Origin: Nostoc sp. PCC 7120 = FACHB-418 | Lineage (GTDB): Bacteria; Cyanobacteriota; Cyanobacteriia; Cyanobacteriales; Nostocaceae | DNA: 32,000 nt | Reading direction: 5' to 3' | Assembly (NCBI RefSeq): GCF_000009705.1 | Contig: NC_003272.1 | Location: 210,001-242,000, forward strand | In this document: in pieces, positions 17,673 through 26,407 of the stretch | Layout of the letters: each line of letters starts with the position of its first letter | Position numbering within the stretch: the stretch's first letter is position 1 | Program-made: the position numbers and the translations under genes | Notes under the pieces: model-generated | What the model was told of the DNA's origin: nothing | What the model saw: the letters and a program-made list of their open reading frames with translations, nothing else | The model's database searches: none

Positions 17673-18100
17673 AGATCCTTTTCCATGAATTCTAATAAAA
17701 TCTGCTGCGGTATTGCTCCTAGCGGTTTCTCTCCACCTGCGTTTGCCGAATAAAATTTACCTTTACGAATATCTTCTGGTGTCAATAAGCCCATATCCCA
17801 ACCTTCATTTAACACCAGTTGATTAAATTCTAATAATAACGGCGCATGGAAGACATGACGCACTACTGCATCGTCAGCATAACAACCGAATTCAAAAAAA
17901 GGTGGGAGAATGTAGCCGATTTCTTCTAAAACTTCTCGCTGTACTGCTATATCTGGTGTTTCACCGGGTTCAATATGACCGCCAAACAGCGCCCAGTGAG
18001 CAGGGTAGGGAATATTAGGTACATCATCCCGTAACTGCATAAGAAATTTATTATCTTGGTAGAGGATGGCGATCGCTACGTGTATAGGTTGCTTACTCAT
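17660..18100 (-). CDS. NUDIX hydrolase
   Basis: The Nudix box GGHIEPGETPDIAVQREVLEEIGY is present. The ATG at 18100 (MSKQPIHVAIA) is preferred, because the track start at 18160 would overlap the upstream gene. Confidence 0.85.
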   Translation of the reverse strand: MSKQPIHVAIAILYQDNKFLMQLRDDVPNIPYPAHWALFGGHIEPGETPDIAVQREVLEEIGYILPPFFEFGCYADDAVVRHVFHAPLLLEFNQLVLNEGWDMGLLTPEDIRKGKFYSANAGGEKPLGAIPQQILLEFMEKDLVIS

Positions 18101-18131
18101 AAAATTATCTTGGAAGTTTCTGTTACCAGTA

Positions 18132-18512
18132 TTACTCTTCCACCAGATAAAGTTCCCCAAACTCTTCGCCAGCTATGGGAATGCTTTTGTACTGTACTTT
18201 ACCTTTAAATACTACCGACTCTCCAGGTTTGAGATTATTCTGCTTAGTCAATACCCAGATTGTGCCAGTAGAATCATTAATTTTATACACCCATCGTTGC
18301 AATAAGGGAACCTGTTTTTCCACCTGACCTTGGATGTAAACTTTCGCTTGTTGATCTTGTGTTGATTTTATATTGCGAATTGGGGTGATATTGTGACCAA
18401 AGCTAATGTTACCGTCCTTCCATTCCGATACATTCACCGACGCGCAACTAAATACCCCTATTAGCAATGGAAACATCAATCCCAGACTGTGAATTTTTTT
18501 CGTTTGCCGCAT
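18132..18512 (-). CDS. small secreted protein or lipoprotein, possibly OB-fold, unknown function
   Basis: The signal peptide ends in a Cys (LLIGVFSC-ASV). The mature part is beta-rich. Its stop is 31 nt upstream of the NUDIX start on the same strand. Confidence 0.55.
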   Translation of the reverse strand: MRQTKKIHSLGLMFPLLIGVFSCASVNVSEWKDGNISFGHNITPIRNIKSTQDQQAKVYIQGQVEKQVPLLQRWVYKINDSTGTIWVLTKQNNLKPGESVVFKGKVQYKSIPIAGEEFGELYLVEE

Positions 18513-18520
18513 AAAATTTA

Positions 18521-18592
18521 CTAATTAGTCATTAGTCAGTTGTCAGTTGTCATTATTTTTCCCCTACACCCTTACACCCCTAAACCCCTACC
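18521..18592. repeat. STRR heptamers (TAGTCAT TAGTCAG TTGTCAG TTGTCAT) followed by a CCCCTACACCC-type C-rich repeat
   Basis: Read directly from the sequence. The C-rich unit recurs at 326-343 and 22606-22630, and in G-rich orientation at 3270-3285 and 22561-22590. Confidence 0.75.
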
Positions 18593-18734
18593 TCTTCCCA
18601 CTCCCTGATATGAGAAAATAAACAATATAGTCTAGTGGTAAAAAAGACGCTACGGCATCAGATGGTAACGCCAACCATCATAATTACTGCTGACAAATAA
18701 AATTTGCACCTAAGCGCATCGTCTGGGAATTCTC

Positions 18735-19634
18735 ATGGAAACAAAAACTGCCAAAATTCTTGATGGTAAAACTTTAGCTGAGAAAATTCAAAAAGAACTG
18801 ACTGCTCAAATCATAGACGCACAAGCTAAAATTGGTCGTCCTCCTGGGTTAGCAGTATTGATGGTTGGAGATAACCCAGCCTCAGCAGCCTATGTGCGTA
18901 ACAAGGAAAAATCCTGCGCCAAAGTGGGTATTGCTTCTTTTGGCAAGCATTTTCCCCAAGAAACCACCCAAACAGAATTAGAGGATGTGATTGCTGCACT
19001 CAACCAAGACGAACAGGTAGATGGCATTCTCGTACAATTGCCCTTACCTGAACATTTAGATGCGGTGAAACTGCTGCATCAAATAGAACCGGATAAAGAT
19101 GCTGATGGACTCCACCCAGTTAATTTAGGGCGGTTGGTGCGTGGGGAAAAGGGTTTACGCAGTTGCACCCCTGCTGGAGTCATGCGCCTATTGGCAGAAT
19201 ATGAAATTTCTTTGCGAGGAAAGCAAGCTGTGGTGGTGGGACGGAGTATTTTGGTAGGGAAGCCAATGGCTTTGATGCTCCTAGAAGCTGATGCCACCGT
19301 GACTATTGCCCACTCGCGATCGCAAGACCTAAAATCCATCACTCAAAATGCCGACATTCTCATTGCTGCTGCCGGGTTGCCAGGATTAATTACTGCTGAC
19401 ATGGTGAAACCAGGCGCTGTTGTGGTAGATGTGGGGATAAATCGCGTGAGTGATGCTCATGGCAAAAGTCGCTTAGTAGGCGATATTAATTTTGCATCAA
19501 TTGCTGGTGTGGCAGAATATATCACCCCGGTTCCCGGTGGTATTGGCCCTATGACTGTGGCTTTGTTATTACAAAATACAGTCACCAGCTATTTACAAAC
19601 AGCAAAAGAAAGCGGAGCCTTGGATGTTAAATGA
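18735..19634 (+). CDS. folD: bifunctional methylenetetrahydrofolate dehydrogenase / methenyl-THF cyclohydrolase FolD
   Basis: [33 protein letters not shown]-like [19 protein letters not shown] and [10 protein letters not shown] are all canonical FolD blocks. Confidence 0.95.
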   Translation: METKTAKILDGKTLAEKIQKELTAQIIDAQAKIGRPPGLAVLMVGDNPASAAYVRNKEKSCAKVGIASFGKHFPQETTQTELEDVIAALNQDEQVDGILVQLPLPEHLDAVKLLHQIEPDKDADGLHPVNLGRLVRGEKGLRSCTPAGVMRLLAEYEISLRGKQAVVVGRSILVGKPMALMLLEADATVTIAHSRSQDLKSITQNADILIAAAGLPGLITADMVKPGAVVVDVGINRVSDAHGKSRLVGDINFASIAGVAEYITPVPGGIGPMTVALLLQNTVTSYLQTAKESGALDVK

Positions 19635-19782
19635 AAAATTACAAATCGTAACATAAATCATCATTTATCATCCATCTTTGATGATTACTGAAGTATGAGT
19701 TAATCTTTCAGCTCCAGAGCATCTTAAAATTGTGACGTGTATGACAAACAGCCAAAAACAAAAAATTTAAGGAAATCCAAGA

Positions 19783-20712
19783 ATGGTAGCAGCTGATAAC
19801 CTCCGGAAGATGTCAGAGGAAGCCAAATTTAATCTAGTAGCTTATCTTAAAGAGCGGCAAAAACTTTGTGAAGCTGCTTTGGATGCAGCCATACCTATTA
19901 TTTATCCAGAAAAAATTTATGAATCAATGCGCTACTCTCTATTAGCTGGAGGTAAGCGCCTGCGTCCGATTCTTTGTCTGGCTACCTCGGAAATGATGGG
20001 TGGGACAATCGAAATAGCTATGCCAACAGCTTGTGCTGTAGAAATGATCCACACCATGTCTTTGATTCACGACGACTTGCCAGCAATGGATAACGACGAT
20101 TATCGTCGCGGTATGCTGACGAATCACAAGGTATATGGTGAAGATATTGCGATTTTGGCGGGAGATGGCTTATTAGCCTACGCTTTTGAGTTCGTAGCTA
20201 TCCGTACTCCTGAAAGCGTACCTAGAGACCGAGTATTGCAGGTAGTAGCCCGTTTAGGACGAGCATTGGGAGCTGCTGGCTTGGTTGGGGGTCAAGTGGT
20301 TGACTTAGACTCAGAAGGAAAATCAGATACTTCCTTAGAAACACTCAATTTTATTCATAATCACAAAACAGCAGCTCTTTTAGAAGCTTGTGTAGTCTGT
20401 GGCGGCATTTTAGCTGGGGCATCATCAGAAAATGTACAAAGACTCTCACGATATTCTCAAAATATTGGGCTAGCATTTCAAATCATTGATGATATTCTTG
20501 ATATCACTTCTACTCAAGAGCAATTAGGCAAGACTGCGGGTAAAGACCTTTTAGCGAAGAAAGTTACCTATCCTAGCCTGTGGGGAATTGAACAATCGCG
20601 CGTCAAAGCCCAACAGCTAATTGAGGCAGCTTGTACAGAACTAGAACCATTTGGAGAAGATGCACAGCCCCTGAAAGCGATCGCTCACTTCATCACTAGT
20701 CGTAATCACTAA
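19783..20712 (+). CDS. crtE: polyprenyl diphosphate synthase, geranylgeranyl-diphosphate synthase type (CrtE)
   Basis: GGKRLRP, the first Asp-rich motif [17 protein letters not shown], the second Asp-rich motif FQIIDDILD and GKTAGKD. The size of 309 aa is typical of cyanobacterial CrtE. Confidence 0.85.
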   Translation: MVAADNLRKMSEEAKFNLVAYLKERQKLCEAALDAAIPIIYPEKIYESMRYSLLAGGKRLRPILCLATSEMMGGTIEIAMPTACAVEMIHTMSLIHDDLPAMDNDDYRRGMLTNHKVYGEDIAILAGDGLLAYAFEFVAIRTPESVPRDRVLQVVARLGRALGAAGLVGGQVVDLDSEGKSDTSLETLNFIHNHKTAALLEACVVCGGILAGASSENVQRLSRYSQNIGLAFQIIDDILDITSTQEQLGKTAGKDLLAKKVTYPSLWGIEQSRVKAQQLIEAACTELEPFGEDAQPLKAIAHFITSRNH

Positions 20713-20776
20713 TCAAACATCCAGTTGTTGTGTTGACTCCCAAGTATATACAGGCGGAATACAGTAAAAATAATTA

Positions 20777-20813
20777 CCACTGACAACCGACAACTAACAA
20801 CTAATAACTACTG
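20777..20813. repeat. STRR heptamer tract (CACTGAC AACCGAC AACTAAC AACTAAT AACTACT)
   Basis: Read directly from the sequence in the crtE downstream spacer. Confidence 0.75.
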
Positions 20814-20842
20814 CTAATATTGACCAACCAAACCAAAACACC

Positions 20843-21313
20843 ATGCAGGACATAGGCGAAATTTTAGACAACCGGGTGCTGCTGGTTGCTCTGGTAGCTT
20901 GTTTTGTCGCTCAAGCTTTAAAGCTATTTGTTGAGCTAATTAAAAATCGTAAATTGAATGTGCGCGTTTTAGTGACCACAGGCGGTATGCCAAGCGCCCA
21001 CTCAGCGTTGGTAACATCTCTAGCCGCAGGTGTCGGACAAACTCTTGGCTGGGCGTCACCTGACTTTGCTTTGGCTACTGTTTTCGCCATCATTGTCATG
21101 TACGATGCAGCAGGAGTGCGCCAAGCTGCGGGTAAGCAAGCTCGTATTCTCAATCAAATGATTGATGAGTTATTTCATGAAAAGCCAGACTTTAGCCAAG
21201 ACAGGCTTAAAGAATTGTTAGGACACACACCCGTGCAAGTGATAGCAGGTTCAGCTTTGGGTGTAACTATTTCCTGGCTAGCGAGGGCTTTATTTATAGT
21301 TAATAGTCCATAG
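20843..21313 (+). CDS. divergent PAP2 / DUF212 (acid phosphatase, vanadium-haloperoxidase-related) membrane protein
   Basis: 156 aa. The GGMPSAHSA and MYDAAGVR motifs and the C-terminal GHTPVQV are the DUF212 signature. Confidence 0.85.
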   Translation: MQDIGEILDNRVLLVALVACFVAQALKLFVELIKNRKLNVRVLVTTGGMPSAHSALVTSLAAGVGQTLGWASPDFALATVFAIIVMYDAAGVRQAAGKQARILNQMIDELFHEKPDFSQDRLKELLGHTPVQVIAGSALGVTISWLARALFIVNSP

Positions 21314-21331
21314 TCAACGGTTAAATGGCTA

Positions 21332-21970
21332 TCACCTCACAACCGATCGCAGTAACACTACATTACGACTATCTACCAACACAGCAAAGAAACCACGCTC
21401 ATTCAGCCTTTGCAATGTGTTGTAGGCTTCTTGTTGGTTAGTGGTATAAACTGCCAAGAGGAAAGGGCGTTGTCCATAGGAGACCAAACCTACATTACCG
21501 CCTACAGCCTGTTGTACACTACTGACTAATTCTGGACGGTTGAAATAGTCCACCAATACAGCATATCCTTGACCTAAGGCTTGGGGATTATAAGTAATCC
21601 TGGGAGGTGTGGGCTGTTGAGGAGTTGGTGCTTGTCCTGGTCGTGTAGTAATAATGGCAGATAGTCCAACTATGGTGTTGATATATCTAGCCCAACGGTT
21701 AGCATCATCGATTTTTTTAAACCCGCCTATCCGCGTTACCGTATCATTCAGATATTGGCAGGTAGTAGTTTTAATTTCGTTCGGTAAAGCATTCCGTAAC
21801 TGTGTGCGATTTTCCACCGTCGGACTGACTACCAGTAATAGATACTCGCCGGCGCTAGGGGGTTGGCAAACAGGGATAGATTGGGCGTTTGCAGAAGTTA
21901 TGCTACCCATCAATCCCGCACCAGCGATCGCCAATCCTAATACACTAGGTAAAGTTGCAAATTTCTGCAC
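21332..21970 (-). CDS. secreted hypothetical protein with two beta-alpha-beta-beta-alpha-beta-like halves (possibly SPOR-like)
   Basis: The track ORF starts at 22066, but its first 32 codons merely translate STRR repeats. A GTG at 21970 gives MQKFATLPSVLGLAIAGAGLMGSITSANAQ, a clean signal peptide. The fold suggestion is inference only. Confidence 0.6.
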   Translation of the reverse strand: MQKFATLPSVLGLAIAGAGLMGSITSANAQSIPVCQPPSAGEYLLLVVSPTVENRTQLRNALPNEIKTTTCQYLNDTVTRIGGFKKIDDANRWARYINTIVGLSAIITTRPGQAPTPQQPTPPRITYNPQALGQGYAVLVDYFNRPELVSSVQQAVGGNVGLVSYGQRPFLLAVYTTNQQEAYNTLQRLNERGFFAVLVDSRNVVLLRSVVR

Positions 21971-22016
21971 AGAATTACGAATATATAAATAAATCAATTC
22001 TTTAAAAGATTCTATG

Positions 22017-22185
22017 TAGTTATTAGTCAATAGTCCATAGTCAAAAGTCAAAAGTCCATATTTCAAAACTGTTGACCCTTAAGAGTACTCTACCAGAAAC
22101 CTTTCTCCTGCCGAGACGCTACCGCAAACGAGGAGCCAAGACAACAGAATCGCACTATCTCACTTTTGACCGTTGACTTTTGACT
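22017..22185. repeat. STRR tracts forming a long-range inverted repeat (TAGTCAA TAGTCCA TAGTCAA AAGTCAA AAGTCCA ... TTTTGAC CGTTGAC TTTTGAC)
   Basis: The left arm is about 22017-22060 and the right arm 22162-22185. The 16-mer AATAGTCCATAGTCAA at 22029-22044 is also present at 21302-21317. Confidence 0.8.
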
Positions 22186-22190
22186 AATAA

Positions 22191-22526
22191 CTAAGATGCT
22201 GTGGCTAAAGATGCCAAAGGATTAGGAATTGTTTCCGAAGGAGCCGAAAACTCACCTGTAACAACATACTCTAGCCGCAGTTTCAGCCAAGTAATAAATT
22301 GGGAATTAGTAGAGATAATAGCTGCTGCTGGCTGAGGACACTTTGCTTTAATATCTGCGAATTCTGGCGCTTCTAAAAATGCTGGTTGGGGAACTAACCA
22401 AAAATCAATTTCTTTTTCTTGTTCGTGGTAATGGCGAGTGCGTTCTTTCAGCACTTCTTCTATAGGTTCTTCTTGCAACAAAAAGCGGCGGCTAGCCAAA
22501 ACGTAATAATATGTTTGCATTTTCAT
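22191..22526 (-). CDS. ycf54: Ycf54 (Mg-protoporphyrin IX monomethyl ester cyclase complex factor, DUF2488)
   Basis: YYYVLASRRFLLQEEPIEEVLKER...EKEIDFWLV.QPAFLEAPE...LKLRLEYVVTGEF.APS..IPNPLASL closely parallels the Synechocystis Ycf54 (Slr1780) sequence as I remember it. Confidence 0.85.
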   Translation of the reverse strand: MKMQTYYYVLASRRFLLQEEPIEEVLKERTRHYHEQEKEIDFWLVPQPAFLEAPEFADIKAKCPQPAAAIISTNSQFITWLKLRLEYVVTGEFSAPSETIPNPLASLATAS

Positions 22527-22560
22527 CCTCTGGTTACTAATAATTTTAGGTTACCGTATT

Positions 22561-22630
22561 GGGGGTATAGGGGTGTAGGGGTATGGGGGTCAACCCTTCT
22601 TGTCCTCACACCCTTACACCCTCACACCCT
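22561..22630. repeat. G-rich / C-rich inverted repeat (GGGGTATAGGGGTGTAGGGGTATGGGGG ... CACACCCTTACACCCTCACACCC)
   Basis: Read directly from the sequence. It lies between ycf54 and the upstream gene, and the C-rich arm overlaps that gene's stop codon (22629-22631). Confidence 0.75.
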
Positions 22631-23348
22631 AACTCTTGGGAGATTTTTTAAACCAAGAACCAAAAGGACAACCTTTTCCTGCGGGTTTGCTATTTGCCTG
22701 TTTACCACCACCTGTTAACTTGTCTAAGAACAGCGTGTTGTCGAAATAGTGTTCCAAAGAAATAATTTTTAAGTCATCTGTGACATGAGCAACGCTCAAG
22801 CCGATGATCTCGATTGTCTCTCCAGTTGGTGCATAATCTTTGTAAGCACCTTGAAAATGTCCCCAGTGTCGCCATTTGAATGTTACAGTTGGTGGCCCTG
22901 AGTAGACTTCCAGTACTTCCCAAGGAAAGCCTTGAGGAAATGTTGTATGGAAGAGTTTAGCCGATGATTCAAAACTTTCTTGTGATGCTTTGTAATGTTC
23001 AGAATCCGCCATAAATAAATTGTAAGTACCTTGGGCAGATACATCTTCTGCTGTGAATTCTGCTCCCCCATTAGTACTAACGCGAAACTGGTCGTTGACA
23101 ATTGACAGCCATTGCTGTGGATCAGTCTTAAAAGATACCTCCATCTCGAAGGTTCTGACTAAGTTCTGTACGATCGCCTCCAGTGTACCCTCTAGATGAT
23201 TGCGTGTACTTTCATTGGCAAGATTTTCTTTAGAGCGAGAATAGTCTGGAGGAGTCTGATACCGCCATTGAACATCAGTACTTTCAGCAATTACCAGGTC
23301 TCTGTCCTGCACCCAAAGTGGAAGGTCATTAGATTGTGTTGCGCTCAT
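22629..23348 (-). CDS. homologue of the plant pathogen-related protein (PRP) family, probably NTF2/SnoaL-like fold
   Basis: 239 aa. WRYQTPPDY, VQNLVRTFEMEVSFK, TFPQGFPWEVLEVYSGPPTVTFKWRHWG and YAPTGETIE resemble, from memory, Arabidopsis pathogen-related protein (At1g78780-type) blocks. Confidence 0.6.
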   Translation of the reverse strand: MSATQSNDLPLWVQDRDLVIAESTDVQWRYQTPPDYSRSKENLANESTRNHLEGTLEAIVQNLVRTFEMEVSFKTDPQQWLSIVNDQFRVSTNGGAEFTAEDVSAQGTYNLFMADSEHYKASQESFESSAKLFHTTFPQGFPWEVLEVYSGPPTVTFKWRHWGHFQGAYKDYAPTGETIEIIGLSVAHVTDDLKIISLEHYFDNTLFLDKLTGGGKQANSKPAGKGCPFGSWFKKSPKS

Positions 23349-23460
23349 AGAAGTCTCTTAAATTACCACAGATTTTCCAGATTACGCAGCTATCCCCTCA
23401 AGAGCCTAGAAACTAAAGATTAGGCATTAGAGGCTAAATTATTGATATCTTCCCTAATCC

Positions 23461-24207
23461 CTACTCCCCTCTTATCGCCTGTTTCATTTCCCGAACAGCT
23501 CTTTCTATTCCGACTAAAGCCGCTCGGCTGATAATGGTGTGACCAATATTGAGTTCTTCCATCCCTGGAAGTGCAGCCACGGGGTAAACGTTCCAGTAGG
23601 TGAGTCCATGACCAGCGTTGACTCGTAGTCCGGCTTTAATCGCTTGTTCACACCCTGCGGCTAAAAATGCTAGCTCTTGCTGACGGCTAGTCTCGTCGGT
23701 CGCCTCAGCATACCTGCCAGTGTGTAGTTCAATAAACTTTGCTTGTACCTTGACAGATGCCTCTATTTGTGATGGTTCAGCATCAATAAACAAGCTCACA
23801 GGAATGGCAGCATTCTGCAATTTACTGACGACCTCACCTATTCTAGCAATTTGCCCAACAATATCTAAACCACCTTCTGTAGTGACTTCTTCCCGTTTTT
23901 CGGGAACGAGAGTTACATAATCGGGTTTAATGTCAAGGGCTATTCCCACCATTTCATCTGTAGCCGCCATTTCCAAATTCAGGTGAGTACGCACAGTGTG
24001 GCGCAACAGTTGTACATCCCGGTCTTGGATATGCCTACGGTCTTCCCGTAGATGTACTGTGATGCCATCAGCACCACCTAATTCTGCCAGCACCGCCGCC
24101 GCCACAGGGTCTGGTTCCACCGTCCGCCGCGCTTGTCGAATGGTAGCGATATGGTCTATGTTTACCCCAAGAGTAGCCAAGGCGAATATCTCCCTATCCA
24201 CAGTCAT
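23461..24207 (-). CDS. pdxJ: pyridoxine 5'-phosphate synthase PdxJ
   Basis: [40 protein letters not shown], the C-terminal ELNIGH and the length of 248 aa are canonical for PdxJ. Confidence 0.95.
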   Translation of the reverse strand: MTVDREIFALATLGVNIDHIATIRQARRTVEPDPVAAAVLAELGGADGITVHLREDRRHIQDRDVQLLRHTVRTHLNLEMAATDEMVGIALDIKPDYVTLVPEKREEVTTEGGLDIVGQIARIGEVVSKLQNAAIPVSLFIDAEPSQIEASVKVQAKFIELHTGRYAEATDETSRQQELAFLAAGCEQAIKAGLRVNAGHGLTYWNVYPVAALPGMEELNIGHTIISRAALVGIERAVREMKQAIRGE

Positions 24208-24338
24208 CAGAGTATTGATCTTACCTGAGAATTGTCTATAAATCGTATAATTTGGATGAGTGCTAACGGTAGAAGCTTTTTACCAAATAGAGAACCCATT
24301 AGCATAATGGTTTTAGTGCGATCGCCTAAAAATCACGC

Positions 24339-26096
24339 CTACCATTGGGGATTGCTAATAATTAATGCCTTTGCTGAATCGCTATCCAATGGTTCCGAGA
24401 AAAAGTATCCCTGACCATATTCACATTTCAACTCTCTGAGCCTTTGTAATTGCGCTGGTGTTTCCACCCCCTCGGCTGTTACATCCACACCCAGTTTGCT
24501 AGAGAGGGTAACTATAGTCTCCACAATGTGTAAATTGCCTGCTTCTACACCTCTCCCACTGACAAAGGACTGATCAATTTTCAACCCATTAATCGGAAAA
24601 TTATGGAGACGACCTAGTGAGGAATATCCTGTACCGAAATCATCAATTGCTAATTCGATGCCTAAATTTCTCAGTTGATTAAGCATAGTAGTAGCATTTT
24701 CCCCATTTTCCATAATTACACTTTCTGTAATTTCCAATTTCAAACTCTGTGCATCTAAACCAGTGTCTTGTAGTACCTGATTAATGTCCTCCAGCAGCTT
24801 TTTTTGGCTGAATCGGGAACTACAAAGATTGATACTGATGCTCAGAGGCTGCTTATGTAAATCCGTTGATAGAGAGGGGATCTGTTCCTGCCACTGCCTT
24901 GTCTGACGACACGCCTCACGTAATACCCAGGCATCAATCGGGATAATCAGTCCGGTTTCTTGGGCAATTGGCATAAACTCCTCTGGGAAAACAATTCCCT
25001 GTTCTGGATGTAGCCAACGTACCAGTGCTTCAAAACCAGTAATTCTCCCGGTTGTCAGTGACACAATAGGCTGATAGTAAACTAGGAACTCATGACGTTC
25101 AATTGCTCTGCGTAAGTCGTTTTCTAACTGCAAACGTTCCACTATCTGAACGTGCATATCACTATTAAATATTTCGTAACACGCCTTACCCCGCGCCTTA
25201 GCTCGGTACATAGCAATGTCGGCGTTACGTAAAAGGTCTTCTGGTTGCTCATAACCAGTGGCGCTCAAGCTAATGCCGATACTAGCTGTGGTGAAAATTT
25301 CATGGCCACTTAGAACCACCGGAACTAACAATTTCTCCTGTATGCGCTCAACGACACGCACTGTGTCACTAATGTCTTGAATACCTTCCAGCAGAATGAT
25401 GAACTCATCTCCGCCAAAACGCGCAGCTATATCTGTAGGTCGCAGACACTCTATCAGCCTTTGAGCAATAATCACCAGTAATTGGTCGCCAATTGTGTGT
25501 CCCAAGCTGTCGTTGATAAACTTGAAGCGATCCAAGTCGAGAAACAGTACAGCAAACAGATGATCCGAATATCGTTTTGCATACTCAACTGCACGTCTTA
25601 AGCGGTCTATGAATAAGACTCTATTTGGCAACCCTGTTAGTACATCATGTAGGGCATCATGAACTAATCGCTCTTCTGCTAACTTGCGATCGGTAATATC
25701 ACGAGAATTAATCACTATACCCTTCACAGATGGCTCCGCCAGAAGATTACTACCAGTTGATTCGAGAAAACACCATGAACCATCTTTGCGCCGAAAACGT
25801 GACTCTACTAGTACAGTTGCGCCTAAATTTTGTATTAAGTAATTAAAGCTCTGAGAATTACTAGTAATATCGTCAGGATGAATAAAGTCAAAAGCGTTTT
25901 TCCCGACTAGTTCTTCTGGTTTATATCCTAAAATTCGCTCAATAGATGGACTTTCGTAGCGAATAGTTCCATCTGGTTCAAAAATACCAATGATGTCAGA
26001 GCTATTTTGAATCAGCGAACGGAATTTAGCTTCACTTTCACGCAGTGCCGCTTCAGCTTGATTGCCGTCAGTAATATCTTCGCTGATGCTTGTCAT
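24339..26096 (-). CDS. PAS-GGDEF-EAL signalling protein (c-di-GMP turnover)
   Basis: A PAS segment (IIGIFEPDGTIRYESPS..LGY) is followed by an intact GGDEF motif (RFGGDEFIILL). The EAL-domain motifs are also intact: EALVRW, DDFGTGYSSL, KIDQSF, EGVET and QGYFFSEP. Confidence 0.9.
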   Translation of the reverse strand: MTSISEDITDGNQAEAALRESEAKFRSLIQNSSDIIGIFEPDGTIRYESPSIERILGYKPEELVGKNAFDFIHPDDITSNSQSFNYLIQNLGATVLVESRFRRKDGSWCFLESTGSNLLAEPSVKGIVINSRDITDRKLAEERLVHDALHDVLTGLPNRVLFIDRLRRAVEYAKRYSDHLFAVLFLDLDRFKFINDSLGHTIGDQLLVIIAQRLIECLRPTDIAARFGGDEFIILLEGIQDISDTVRVVERIQEKLLVPVVLSGHEIFTTASIGISLSATGYEQPEDLLRNADIAMYRAKARGKACYEIFNSDMHVQIVERLQLENDLRRAIERHEFLVYYQPIVSLTTGRITGFEALVRWLHPEQGIVFPEEFMPIAQETGLIIPIDAWVLREACRQTRQWQEQIPSLSTDLHKQPLSISINLCSSRFSQKKLLEDINQVLQDTGLDAQSLKLEITESVIMENGENATTMLNQLRNLGIELAIDDFGTGYSSLGRLHNFPINGLKIDQSFVSGRGVEAGNLHIVETIVTLSSKLGVDVTAEGVETPAQLQRLRELKCEYGQGYFFSEPLDSDSAKALIISNPQW

Positions 26097-26228
26097 GCAG
26101 ATGACGCTCCGTGTTGCCTCCCCATATCCAATATCAGGTCACTCAAAACTTTCGTCTCTGTAATGAAATGATAACAACAGTCTGCCAAGCTCTAGGACAA
26201 AGAATAGCACAGGCAGTGAAACTGTAAG

Positions 26229-26263
26229 GGAGTAAGAGTATCAATATTGAAAACTCTTACTCC
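26229..26263 (-). terminator. strong hairpin between the ipt-like gene and the GGDEF-EAL gene (possible terminator or processing site)
   Basis: GGAGTAAGAGT-N13-ACTCTTACTCC is a perfect 11-bp stem. The flanking T-tracts are weak on both strands, so its role as a terminator is uncertain. Confidence 0.35.
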
Positions 26264-26407
26264 TTTATACCCCTGAAAGGCTGACTGAAATCCTTAATTC
26301 TGATTTTTGATTGTTAAAATTTGGGTCTGATTGGTTTTGACTAGCAATCGATAAAAATTTTGTTCTTTTATTTGTGTTCTTTGGGCAAACGGAAGTCTTA
26401 GCACCAT

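Noticed and set aside
18600-18734. ZTP (pfl) or THF riboswitch upstream of folD
   Set aside because: I could not find the conserved GACUGGCG or CCGCCUGGGC-type elements. There is only a weak CGTCTGGG resemblance. No supported structure emerged.
26097-26230. Idea that the PAS-GGDEF-EAL gene is N-terminally truncated or frameshifted, because it starts with a linker-like DIT..QAEAALRESEAKF segment
   Set aside because: An in-frame TGA lies 45 nt upstream of the ATG at 26096, and no other frame upstream shows PAS-like or sensor-like coding potential. The protein plausibly just starts with the short helix preceding its single PAS domain.
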